Assembly: GCA_039194325.1 (NCBI GenBank)
Contig: JBCCWC010000004.1
Coordinates: forward strand, 64,001 to 128,000
Direction of reading: 5' to 3'
Origin: Myxococcota bacterium
GTDB lineage: Bacteria > Myxococcota_A > Polyangia > Nannocystales > Nannocystaceae
Length of the DNA stretch: 64,000 bases
Shown in pieces: positions 29,667-38,681 of the stretch. The notes under the pieces were generated by a model. The model saw only the letters and a program-made list of their open reading frames with translations. It ran no database searches and was not told the DNA's origin. Position 1 is the first letter of the stretch. The number at the start of each line of letters is the position of its first letter. The position numbers were made by a program, and so were the translations under genes.

Positions 29667-32600
29667 GTGATAGATCGTCACTGGGTAGCGGGCATCGTGC
29701 AGGCTGAGTCGACCGAGGGACGCGAGCACGCGACGCCGATCTACACGCGGATCACCGAGCGCTTCGGCGCCGATCTTCGCGGCATATCGATCGGCGTAGT
29801 TGCCCTTGACGGTGCGGACACGTCGCTTGCCCGAGCGTTACTCGAGCGATTGGAGCTCGGCGGTGCGACCGTGCGGGTCTTGGGCTTTCACGCCTCCGAG
29901 GCGAGCATCATCGGCGCCCAGAGTCTCTACGACGCGGTCCATCGAGCCAGCGGGCTCGTGGTGATCGGACGGCCCGGAGCTACCGACTCGTTCGACCTGC
30001 GCCGGGTGGCCCGACTGATGCGGCGCCCGATCTGGTTTCGAGAGCCCGACGATGCATGGGTCGAGGCCGAGCAGATCCGTAGCCTCGGGTTCGAGGTCGG
30101 CTGGACGAGGGGCAGCGGTATCCGGCCCGCCGAGCCCCGCGGGAGGTCGGTCGGCCCCAGCGCCTGGACGGCGATCCGCGGCGTGAAGATCTGGGGAGTC
30201 CCGCCGGGGTTCTCGCTGCCGCCCGTGATCGGCAAGGGCAACGACTACCGTTTCATCGAGGCTCGCTGCACCGGAGTGCTCGCGCCTGCCGAACTCCCGC
30301 GCGTCTCGCTGGTCGTCGGGCTGCGTCGAGCCAGCGGCAGGGACAGGATCGATGACATCGAAGCGCTCGTCTCTACGCTGATCCGTCGGGGCCATCCACC
30401 GAGCCGACTCCAGCTGATCCTGGTGCACGGCGAGAACGATCCGCCGGAGCGCCGTCCCGCGGTTGCAGCCGGGGTCGAGGTTCGGGTCGCCCGAGGGTCG
30501 ACACCTGCGGCGGCCTGGAACGCGGGGCTTGAGGCCGTCACGGCCGAGATCACGATCATGCTCGACACGGACCGGCTCGTCCCCCCTTCGCTCGTTCCAT
30601 CTGTGACACGGTGGCTACTGGCCTCCGACCGGGCGGTCGTGGTCTCCTGCGCCCAGCCGCAGGCGCTCATCGAGCGACGACTCCCCTTCGTCGACGTCGA
30701 CGGACGCTGTATTGCAACGAGCGGGGCCTTCCTGCGAGCCGTTGGGCCCTTCCATGATGCAGCTGGCGATGCAGCTGGCGACGCCAGTGGCGACGCCAGT
30801 GGCGACGCAACTGGCGACAGGCGGAGCCTCGTGCTCGAGTGGGCCTATCGAGCGTATCAGGCGGGCGCCTACTTCATCCCCGTCGAGCCAGACGTGATGA
30901 AGCCCGAGCCCACGCCCGAGCCGCAAGATCGGGCCTTCGTGGACGACTGGTGCCCCTTGCTCCGCCAGGGCCCACCGACGCGGCGCTACGCGGTTCCCAA
31001 GGTCTCGATCTACATCCCTGCGTTCAACGCAGAGCGAACCCTCCGCGAGGCGGTCGATAGCGCGCTGGCGCAGGACTTCGGCGACCTCGAGGTCTGCGTT
31101 GTCGATGACGGATCGACCGATCGCACCCGGCAGGTGCTCGAGCGGCACTACACCGACGATCCTCGCGTGCGCTGGAAGAGTCTGGCCCACGCGGGCATCT
31201 CGGCCGCGTCCAACGCCGCGATCGAGCTGGGCCGGGGCCCGTATATTGGGCAGCTCGACGCAGACGACGTGCTGCGTCCGCACGCGGTGCGCACCCTAGT
31301 CGAGATCCTCGACGCTCACGACCTCGGGCTAGTGTACGCCAGCAACGACATGATCGATGCCGACGGCGGCGATCTGGGACCGGGGTGGGAGTGGCCGATA
31401 TTTTGCCGCACCAAGCTCATGGTCTCCAACATCGTGCATCACTTTCGGATGTACCGGCGGCGCGACTGGATGCGCGTGGGGGGCTTCGACCGGAGCTTCT
31501 CGAACGCCGAAGACTACGATCTTGCGCTGCGGATGAGCGAGCGGTGCGAGATCCGCCACGTGGTGGCGCCTTTATACCTCTACCGACGACACCAGCGTAG
31601 CGACACCGCCGTCAACAGCGAGCGGATGCATCGCAACCACCATCGGGCGATGCGCCGCGCCCTTTGTCGCATGGGCCTGGACAACACCTGGGAGATCCTC
31701 CCCTCTCCCCGCTGGCCGCGGCGAGAGGGCATCATTCACCGAAAGCATGATCGCATGACTCCGTGCACGACAGACACTGCCCTCGACCGCGTCGTCCAGG
31801 AGGCCCAGGCATTGCTAGAGACTCCCCCGGGGCCGGACGAGCCTTCCTTGCGAGAGATCGCCCTCGAGCTCGCCGCCGATCGCTACATGCGGTTTGGGTG
31901 GTGGCAGCACCCAGACTCGTCGTCTCACCTACAAGCGACCGAGCCCGCGCTCCTCGGCCGGCTGGTCGCGGCGCGCGTGGAGGCCGATCGAGCGTGCTGC
32001 GACGCGGCGCTCCGGCACGTCACTTGGGTACTGTCGCGGCTCCCGATGGATCTGTGCGCGCAGCGGCTCGCCGAGCAGCTCAAGTGCGCGCTGGGCCAGC
32101 CGGGCTGGTCCGAGGAGGACGAGGCGGATCTCCAGCAGCGCTTTTGTATCGCGCCCTTCGAGCGGATGGAGACCCGGCCCGACGGGCAGGTGAAATTCTG
32201 CTGCAACAGCTGGCTCGACGTCTCCATCGGCAACATCCACGAGGATCCGCCGGAGGCGATCTGGAACTCGACCGCGGCGCAGAAGGTCCGGGCGTCGATC
32301 CTCGACGGCCGCTACACCTACTGCAGCCGGACACGGTGCCCCCGGATCCTCAACAAGACGCTGCCGCGCCGCGACGAGATCACCTCGGGCTTCTCGGCCG
32401 AGGTGCTCGCCGAGCGACCCACCGTCTTATCCTCGAAGCCGCGGGACCTCAAGCTCAACCATGATCGCTCCTGCAACCTCTCGTGCCCGTCGTGCCGGCG
32501 CTCCGTCTACACCGCGGACCGGGCCGAGTACGAGCGGCTCAACGCGGTCGCCGACACGGTCCTGTTTCCCCTGCTCGAAGAGGCCCGGATCGTCGAGATC

Positions 32601-33161
32601 ACCGGCTCTGGCGATGCCTTCGCCAGCCGCCACTTTCGCTACATCCTCGAGACGATCAACGCCCAAGACTTTCCCCACCTGCGGATCGATCTGTTCACCA
32701 ACGGGTTGATGTTCAACGAGGCGAGCTGGACGGAGCTGGGGCTCGAGGGCCTTTGTCGGCGCGCGGTCATCTCGGTGGACTCGACCCGGGAGCATAGCTA
32801 CAGCCTGCTGCGCCGAGGAGGGCAGCTGTCGCGCCTGCTCGCGAACCTCCCGTTCATCTCCTCGCTGCGGCGCCGGGGGCAGCTCGAGCGGGTCGTGCTC
32901 GTGTTCGTGATCCAGCGGGACAATTTCGAGCAGATCCCGGAGATGATCGAGCTGACCAAGCGCTTCGACTTCGACGAGACCTTCTTGAAGGTGCTCGACC
33001 GCTGGGGGCAGCCGATCTCTGAGTATGCCGACAAGAACGTCGCGTCACCCGATCACCCGCTCCACCCGGAGCTACTCCGCATACTCCGTGACCCGCAGCT
33101 CGACGATCCCGTGGTCAACCTCGGGACGCTGCGGCCAGCTTACGATCGGGCGCGCGCATGA
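29667..33161 (+). CDS. Fusion protein: UGD C-terminal-like domain + KfoC-like GT2 (first domain degenerate, second intact) + SPASM/twitch-associated radical SAM domain
   Basis: VPKVSIYIPAFN, DDGSTD, YIGQLDADD, HHFRMY. Then FCIAPF..DGQVKFCC..IGNI..IWNS..YC...CP, CNLSCPSC at 32472-32495, GSGDAF, TNG. GTG start follows GGAG. Confidence 0.82.
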   Translation: MIDRHWVAGIVQAESTEGREHATPIYTRITERFGADLRGISIGVVALDGADTSLARALLERLELGGATVRVLGFHASEASIIGAQSLYDAVHRASGLVVIGRPGATDSFDLRRVARLMRRPIWFREPDDAWVEAEQIRSLGFEVGWTRGSGIRPAEPRGRSVGPSAWTAIRGVKIWGVPPGFSLPPVIGKGNDYRFIEARCTGVLAPAELPRVSLVVGLRRASGRDRIDDIEALVSTLIRRGHPPSRLQLILVHGENDPPERRPAVAAGVEVRVARGSTPAAAWNAGLEAVTAEITIMLDTDRLVPPSLVPSVTRWLLASDRAVVVSCAQPQALIERRLPFVDVDGRCIATSGAFLRAVGPFHDAAGDAAGDASGDASGDATGDRRSLVLEWAYRAYQAGAYFIPVEPDVMKPEPTPEPQDRAFVDDWCPLLRQGPPTRRYAVPKVSIYIPAFNAERTLREAVDSALAQDFGDLEVCVVDDGSTDRTRQVLERHYTDDPRVRWKSLAHAGISAASNAAIELGRGPYIGQLDADDVLRPHAVRTLVEILDAHDLGLVYASNDMIDADGGDLGPGWEWPIFCRTKLMVSNIVHHFRMYRRRDWMRVGGFDRSFSNAEDYDLALRMSERCEIRHVVAPLYLYRRHQRSDTAVNSERMHRNHHRAMRRALCRMGLDNTWEILPSPRWPRREGIIHRKHDRMTPCTTDTALDRVVQEAQALLETPPGPDEPSLREIALELAADRYMRFGWWQHPDSSSHLQATEPALLGRLVAARVEADRACCDAALRHVTWVLSRLPMDLCAQRLAEQLKCALGQPGWSEEDEADLQQRFCIAPFERMETRPDGQVKFCCNSWLDVSIGNIHEDPPEAIWNSTAAQKVRASILDGRYTYCSRTRCPRILNKTLPRRDEITSGFSAEVLAERPTVLSSKPRDLKLNHDRSCNLSCPSCRRSVYTADRAEYERLNAVADTVLFPLLEEARIVEITGSGDAFASRHFRYILETINAQDFPHLRIDLFTNGLMFNEASWTELGLEGLCRRAVISVDSTREHSYSLLRRGGQLSRLLANLPFISSLRRRGQLERVVLVFVIQRDNFEQIPEMIELTKRFDFDETFLKVLDRWGQPISEYADKNVASPDHPLHPELLRILRDPQLDDPVVNLGTLRPAYDRARA
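30756..30815 (+). repeat. In-frame 12-bp tandem repeat (DAAG/DASG/DATG x5)
   Basis: gatgcagctggc x2, gacgccagtggc x2, gacgcaactggc. Confidence 0.9.
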
Positions 33162-34249
33162 GGACGCTGTTCGTTCACATCGGCCTGCCCAAGGCGGGGA
33201 GCACGAGCCTCCAGCACTTCTTCATGACCAACCGGGCGCTCTTGGAACGCCAGGGCGTCGCCTACCCAGCGGCGGGCGCCTATCACCATCAGGTGGCCCA
33301 GCATGTGTGGGCGCGGGCTCTCAAGGGACCACGCTACCAGTACTACTGGATCGAGCCCGACGATGCCCGGTACCACGTCGACGCGCTGCAGCAGGAGCTG
33401 CTCGATCACATCGCCGCATCCCCGTGCCCGACCGTGATGCTGTCCGCCGAAGAGCTGTGGCACCCCGCGATCCCGCCCAAGCTCGCCGACGCCTTCGCGG
33501 ACGGCCCATGGACCACCAAGATCTTGATCTATGCTCGCCGCCAGGATCACCTGCTGCTCTCGGCCTACAACCAGTGCGTCAAGACTCTGGATCCTCGCGT
33601 GGTCGATCGGGAACATGTCGAGTCCCTCGAGGTGCTAGTCCGCGACGAGCTGGCGTCGACTCGGCCGTTCTTTGCCCTCTATCCCACGCTTCGTGACTAC
33701 GCGGAGCGCTTCGGTCGCGACAACGTGCTGGTGCGGGTCCTCGAGCGCGAGCAGCTCGTCAACGGCGATCTATTCGACGACGTGCTGTCGGTCCTGGGGC
33801 TGCGTCCCGACGACCGACTCGAGCGGCCGAAGCGGCTGAATGCCTCGCTGCCTCAGCAGCTCATCGACGTCGTCGACCAGCTCAATCGGCGCTCCACGCT
33901 CCCCCGCGGGCCGCAGCTGTCGTTCAACTACCGCCTGCGTCACCTGGCCGAGATGATGCCCCTGCAAGACTACGCGCCGCTCAGCGCCGCGCGGCGCCGA
34001 GAGATCCTCGCGCGCTTCGAGGACGACAACGCCCGCGTGGCCCAAGAGTTCCTCGATCGCTCCGACGGGCGCCTATTTTTCGAGCCCTGGCCCGATCCCA
34101 ACGAGGCATGGGCTCCCCCCCCAGCGCTAACCCCGGAGCTGATGACTCGAGCGGTGGCCCGCCTGTGGGAGGCCGAGGATGCTCGCACTCGGGCGCTGCG
34201 AGAGAAGCTGGCGCAACGGCAGCAGGAGCTCGGCGGATGCGAACGTTGA
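33158..34249 (+). CDS. Sulfotransferase-like P-loop protein
   Basis: LFVHIGLPKAGSTSLQ; LSAEEL; YARRQD..L.SAYNQ.VK; NASL. ATGA overlap. Confidence 0.72.
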   Translation: MRTLFVHIGLPKAGSTSLQHFFMTNRALLERQGVAYPAAGAYHHQVAQHVWARALKGPRYQYYWIEPDDARYHVDALQQELLDHIAASPCPTVMLSAEELWHPAIPPKLADAFADGPWTTKILIYARRQDHLLLSAYNQCVKTLDPRVVDREHVESLEVLVRDELASTRPFFALYPTLRDYAERFGRDNVLVRVLEREQLVNGDLFDDVLSVLGLRPDDRLERPKRLNASLPQQLIDVVDQLNRRSTLPRGPQLSFNYRLRHLAEMMPLQDYAPLSAARRREILARFEDDNARVAQEFLDRSDGRLFFEPWPDPNEAWAPPPALTPELMTRAVARLWEAEDARTRALREKLAQRQQELGGCER

Positions 34250-35322
34250 CCCTGCACGTGGGGACTCACAAGACCGGCTCGACGTCTTTGCAGGCGTTCC
34301 TGCTCCAGAACAAGGCCCGCTTGGCAGATCGAGGCTACGACTACCCGACCGAGGGCTGCTACTGCTGGCCTCGCAGCGGGCACAGCCCCCTGGCGCACGC
34401 GCTCGCGGGCACGCGGCCGGCCTGGCTCGATCCCGCGAGAGTGATCCCAGGGCGGGTGGAGTGCGTGCAGGCGATCCGTCGCCGGATCGAGCAGGTCGGC
34501 GCTCCACACGTGCTGATCTCCACCGAGCACTTCTTCACCCACGTCCCACCGCAGGTGCTTCGGCAGACCTTCGACGGGCTCGGCTATCACCTCCGCGTGC
34601 TGGTCTTCTTGCGTCCGCAAGACGAGTTCTTGGAGTCGCGCTACGCCCAGTCCGTCAAGGTGGGTCGCTGTCAGCAGTCGTTCGAGTCCTTCGTGCAGGA
34701 GCAGCTCGCGGATCGGACCAGCTACGGCCACTACCTGCCGCCGCTGCGGCGCTTGGCGGCAGCGTTCGGCCCGATGAACCTCCTGTTGCGAACGTTTCGC
34801 TCGCAGCAGCCTCGCACTCGCTTGTTCTCGCGGTTCTTGGAGGCAGTCGGGCTCGACCTCGACGACGACTTCATCCTACCCGAAGCGCGCAATGCTTCAC
34901 TCCCGGCGGAGCTAACCCGAACCCTTGCCGCCCTACAGGCGCAGATCGAGGGAGAGCAGGTGCGGCGTGCTTCCCTCAACCGGTGGCTGCTCGAAGCCAA
35001 TCGGCCACCCGCCTTTCCAGACTCGGAGACCCGGCTGTTGTCCCCCGAAGCAGCCCAGCGGATCATGGCATGTTTTGAGGAGCAAAATGCCGAGATCGCG
35101 CGGTCATTCCTCGGGCGCAAGGAGCTGTTTGCCCCATCGGGGCGCTCGACATGGCCCGTGGCCGCCCCGCCGACCCTCGAGCAATTGGCCGACGCAGCGA
35201 TTCACCTGTGGTTTGGGATGCATCAAGAGCAGCAGCAGCTCCGCGAGCAATTGCGGCGATTGCGGGCGCCCCGGACCAATGACGGGCCCGTGCTCGAGAA
35301 CAATGGGGATCCGGGTGACTGA
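34237..35322 (+). CDS. Sulfotransferase-like P-loop protein (paralog of the previous gene)
   Basis: LTLHVGTHKTGSTSLQ; ISTEHF; FLRPQDEFLESRYAQSVK; RNASL. Confidence 0.72.
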   Translation: MRTLTLHVGTHKTGSTSLQAFLLQNKARLADRGYDYPTEGCYCWPRSGHSPLAHALAGTRPAWLDPARVIPGRVECVQAIRRRIEQVGAPHVLISTEHFFTHVPPQVLRQTFDGLGYHLRVLVFLRPQDEFLESRYAQSVKVGRCQQSFESFVQEQLADRTSYGHYLPPLRRLAAAFGPMNLLLRTFRSQQPRTRLFSRFLEAVGLDLDDDFILPEARNASLPAELTRTLAALQAQIEGEQVRRASLNRWLLEANRPPAFPDSETRLLSPEAAQRIMACFEEQNAEIARSFLGRKELFAPSGRSTWPVAAPPTLEQLADAAIHLWFGMHQEQQQLREQLRRLRAPRTNDGPVLENNGDPGD

Positions 35323-36217
35323 GCCCGCAGCAGGCGCTCCGGTGTTGCTGCTGGGAAGCGGGCGCAGCGGGACCACGTGGTTGGCTGATGTGCTCAATTG
35401 CGATCGCACGTTTCGTTTCCTGTTCGAGCCATTCAACGCGCGCAAGGTCGCCATGATGGAACACTTCGTGTTTCACAGCCAATACCTTCGGTCGTCTTGT
35501 GCCGACCTCCGGTATGCACGGCCGATCCACACCATCGTCGCGGGCGCCATTGATCACCCGTGGGTCGTTCGTCGGCACGGGGCCGCGACCTCGTCTCGAT
35601 TGCTCATCAAAGATATCCGGGCCCACCTGTTCGCTCGCTGGATCAAAGATCAATATCCACAGAGTCTCGTGATCTTCTTGCTCCGGCACCCGTGCGCGGT
35701 CGCGGTCTCGCGTACCCAGCTGGGGTGGGGTACCCACCTCGACGAGCTGCTCGGACAGCCTTCGCTGGTCGAGGATCACCTCGGCTCTTGTGTAGATCGT
35801 CTCCGGTCGATCCGCGATCCCTTCGAGCAGCATGTCTGTACCTGGGCGATCGAGAATGCTGTACCTCTGCGTCAGTTTCGGCCCGCGGAGCTGTGTGTGG
35901 TGCACTACGAGCACCTCGTGCGCCGGTTCGATGCCGAGATCGGGCGATTGTTCTCGTACCTCGGTCGCCCGGAGCCTCCCCTCGAAGCAGCGGAGGTCGG
36001 GCGAGCCCCATCGTCCCTCGCGGCGCCGCACAGCGCGATCCTCCAGGGGGAGGACCCGATCGAGCACTGGCGCGGAGGGTGCACTCGTGCGCAGATCGAT
36101 CGCGCGATCGAGATCCTCTCGTGGTTCCAGCTCGATCGGATCTACGGAGCCGACTCGCTCCCCCTCACCCATGCGAGCACTTGGCGCCCCGACACAGGCG
36201 CCGGTCAGAACCGATAG
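35303..36217 (+). CDS. Sulfotransferase
   Basis: VLLLGSGRSGTTWL; LFEPF; IKDIR; LRHPCAVAVS; VHYEHL. Start 35303 or 35315. Confidence 0.8.
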   Translation: MGIRVTEPAAGAPVLLLGSGRSGTTWLADVLNCDRTFRFLFEPFNARKVAMMEHFVFHSQYLRSSCADLRYARPIHTIVAGAIDHPWVVRRHGAATSSRLLIKDIRAHLFARWIKDQYPQSLVIFLLRHPCAVAVSRTQLGWGTHLDELLGQPSLVEDHLGSCVDRLRSIRDPFEQHVCTWAIENAVPLRQFRPAELCVVHYEHLVRRFDAEIGRLFSYLGRPEPPLEAAEVGRAPSSLAAPHSAILQGEDPIEHWRGGCTRAQIDRAIEILSWFQLDRIYGADSLPLTHASTWRPDTGAGQNR

Positions 36218-36942
36218 CCGAACACCTGGATGTCCTTGCGGTAGAGCCGATATACCCGCTCGGCGAGCGCGTCGGTGTAGAATTCGCGGTAGTGCCCACT
36301 GCGGCCCGCTCCCGACACTTGGGCGCGGTCGGACCGGTTGCGATGCCGATAGCCCGTCATCGGGATGTCGAGGCGGTCGCACAGCTCGGCGTAGTCATCG
36401 TCGAGCCGTTCGAATCGCCCCACGAAGTCGACGAGCGACAGGTCGAGTAAGCAGCACTGAAGCCGGAAGTGTGGATTACAGGTCTTCAGATCCTGCGTCG
36501 CGATCCAGTCCACGAACACGCTGAAGTCCTCCAGACGCTTTCGCGTGGCCTCATCGAGGTCGAACGGCCTCCTCGGGCTTCTCTCGACGATCTTACGCGC
36601 CCAACAGGACACCAGCCGGTCCCACGGATTGCGCACAAAACCAAACTTGAAGTAGTCCGCGTATTGATTGACGGGGAGCAAGACGTCATGGGCGTGGTCG
36701 CAGTCGAGGTGAACATGCTGCTTGAGGTGGTAGTAGATGCTCCTCGTCGCGACCTTGGCGACCCGATACCACAAGAACCTCTTGCCCGAGCAGATGCTGA
36801 CGTGGCCTCGCCATAGCGAAGGCATCGCGGGATCTCGGCGAGCGTCCTGCAGCCGGCGCTGCCCAGCTTCGGACCCGGGTTCTAGGCACTTGGGATGATC
36901 GGGGAGCGTATGCAACACCAGTTGGGGTTCGGCGGCCGTCAT
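36205..36942 (-). CDS. Sulfotransfer_2 family carbohydrate sulfotransferase (HNK-1ST/chondroitin-4-ST superfamily)
   Basis: RVAKVATRSI; FKFGFVRNPWDRLVS; NPHFRLQ; DFVGRFERL; YRKDIQVFGY. ATG 36942 follows GAGG. Confidence 0.85.
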   Translation of the reverse strand: MTAAEPQLVLHTLPDHPKCLEPGSEAGQRRLQDARRDPAMPSLWRGHVSICSGKRFLWYRVAKVATRSIYYHLKQHVHLDCDHAHDVLLPVNQYADYFKFGFVRNPWDRLVSCWARKIVERSPRRPFDLDEATRKRLEDFSVFVDWIATQDLKTCNPHFRLQCCLLDLSLVDFVGRFERLDDDYAELCDRLDIPMTGYRHRNRSDRAQVSGAGRSGHYREFYTDALAERVYRLYRKDIQVFGYRF

Positions 36943-36944
36943 CC

Positions 36945-37288
36945 TCGACCACGACGATACTCCATGCGCCAAGGCGAGCGCCGGAGCGGTCCGCGCATCC
37001 TGTTTCCCCGTCGTTTCGGGCCGTTCCTCGTCCGTGGTGATCACCGCTTGCCTGGCCAGCCCAAAGTCCAGCACTCGAACCCGTCCATCGGCCCCCCCGC
37101 CGTGGAGCCCTCGCCATCCAGCAGCTTGCTCGCCACCTTGCGGTCGAGCTGCTCGTCGTGCGCTGCGAACACCTGACCCATACCACCCCGCCCAGATCTC
37201 ACGACGGATCCCCGTCTAGCTTCGCCAGAGGGGCACCAAAGGAGACCGTATCGGAGTCGAGCTCGTCCATGGCCGAGGGCTGCACCAT
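36945..37288 (-). pseudogene. Fragmented Ser/Thr protein kinase remnant
   Basis: The minus strand gives GRGGMGQVFAAHDEQLDRKVASKLL (subdomains I-II). After a G-run and a frame change it continues GADGRVRVLDFGLARQ (VII). Subdomains III-VI and VIII onward are absent. Confidence 0.75.
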
Positions 37289-37466
37289 GAGTACCCCGGC
37301 GACTGATCTGGTTTGTAGAAATTTTGCCTGAAGGCTCGACGGGCGATGGGCCCTGCGCCCCGCGTCAAAGAGAGGATTGCCCCAGCGTATACTCTTCGGA
37401 GGCGGCCCCAGCATGAGCGGCCCTCCGGGCGGGGGCCGTCGGGCGGCACGCCCTCAAGGAGCTTTG

Positions 37467-37850
37467 ATGCCAAGCAAGAGGAAGACCGGCGCCACCGCGT
37501 CCGCACTTCCGGGTCGCGCCGTGCGAGGCTCCAAGAGCGGCCGTCCGATCATGGCGCTGCTCGACTTACTCGGACGACGCTGGACGTTGAGGATCATCTG
37601 GGAGCTCCGCGCCGGGCCGCGGGGATTTCGCGAGCTCCGTGCCTTGTGCGACGGGATGTCGCCGAGCACCTTGAGCACGAGGATCCGAGAGCTCGAGGAC
37701 GCGGGCTTCGTGGACCACACCCCCGACGGCGATCTCACGCTGACCGACGTCGCCCGCAGTGCCGAGCCGCTGATGCTCGCCCTGCTGGAGTGGTCCAACG
37801 AATGGGCCGCCCACATGCGAAAGAAGCGAAAGACGATCGGCCGGAAGTGA
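37467..37850 (+). CDS. HxlR family winged-helix transcriptional regulator
   Basis: GRPIMALLDLLGRRWTLRIIWEL..GPRGFREL..SPSTLSTRIREL. AAGGAG RBS. Confidence 0.88.
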   Translation: MPSKRKTGATASALPGRAVRGSKSGRPIMALLDLLGRRWTLRIIWELRAGPRGFRELRALCDGMSPSTLSTRIRELEDAGFVDHTPDGDLTLTDVARSAEPLMLALLEWSNEWAAHMRKKRKTIGRK

Positions 37851-37955
37851 AGCGCTCGGGATCTACCGACCGGGAGCTACCGACCGGGATCTATGATCGG
37901 ATCCCGACCCGCTCGCCCTCGATTCACGCTCGCGTGCAGCGAGCCCTCCGCCGCG

Positions 37956-38681
37956 TCAGCAGCCGTTGTTGACGCACGAGCAGGCGGCGCAGTCGAAGTT
38001 CGAAAGCGTCCCCGCGGGGCCGGAGCAAGTGATGCTGCACGCCTGCGGGCCGCACGTCAGGGTGGTGGCCAGGCAGGCGTTGATCCCCGCACACTCGATC
38101 TCGCAGCCGCTGTCGCCACACTGGATCGTGGTGTTGTTGCAGCTGTTGTTCCCCGAGCAATCGATGAAGCACGGCCAGCCGTCGGGGCAGACCAACCCCG
38201 AGTTGCACTGGTTGTCGCGGCAGGTGATCGTGCAGGTTCCACCCTCGCAACCGCCCGTGCACTCCGGCGGACACGCACCCATCCCCGGCGGAACCGGATC
38301 GCAATTGCCGGCGCCCCCGTCGGAGCTCGAGCCTCCCGAGGTGGAGCCCGAGTCCTCCGAGCCCGCCGAGGTCATCGTCCCCGGCCCGGTGATCGTGGTC
38401 ATCCCGTCGTCGCCGGTGGTCGAAGATGGCGGAGGTGGAGGTGGAGGCGGAGGCGAGGGCGAGCCCGTGTCGTCACCCGAGCTGCCCGAATCGGCCTCCG
38501 TCATCCCTCCTCCGGGCGAACCGGTGGTGCCCTCCGGCTCCGCGAACAGGGCCGCGTCGCCTCCTCCGCCCTGGGAGCATGCACCCAACCCCAACGTTAG
38601 ACCCAAAGCCAGACCCAGCAGCAGCTCCAGCCCGATCCCCCGTCGCCCCCACTCCGTCACCGTTCCGCGTCGTGTAGCCAT
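37956..38681 (-). CDS. Cys-rich lipoprotein (hypothetical)
   Basis: Lipobox LGLGAC, a Ser/Gly/Pro linker and repeated CxIxCxG..xC units. Confidence 0.7.
   Translation of the reverse strand: MATRRGTVTEWGRRGIGLELLLGLALGLTLGLGACSQGGGGDAALFAEPEGTTGSPGGGMTEADSGSSGDDTGSPSPPPPPPPPPSSTTGDDGMTTITGPGTMTSAGSEDSGSTSGGSSSDGGAGNCDPVPPGMGACPPECTGGCEGGTCTITCRDNQCNSGLVCPDGWPCFIDCSGNNSCNNTTIQCGDSGCEIECAGINACLATTLTCGPQACSITCSGPAGTLSNFDCAACSCVNNGC

Noticed and set aside
37857..37897. Short imperfect 14-bp repeat between the convergent HxlR and lipoprotein genes
   Set aside because: Only about 2.5 degenerate copies, with no supportable function.
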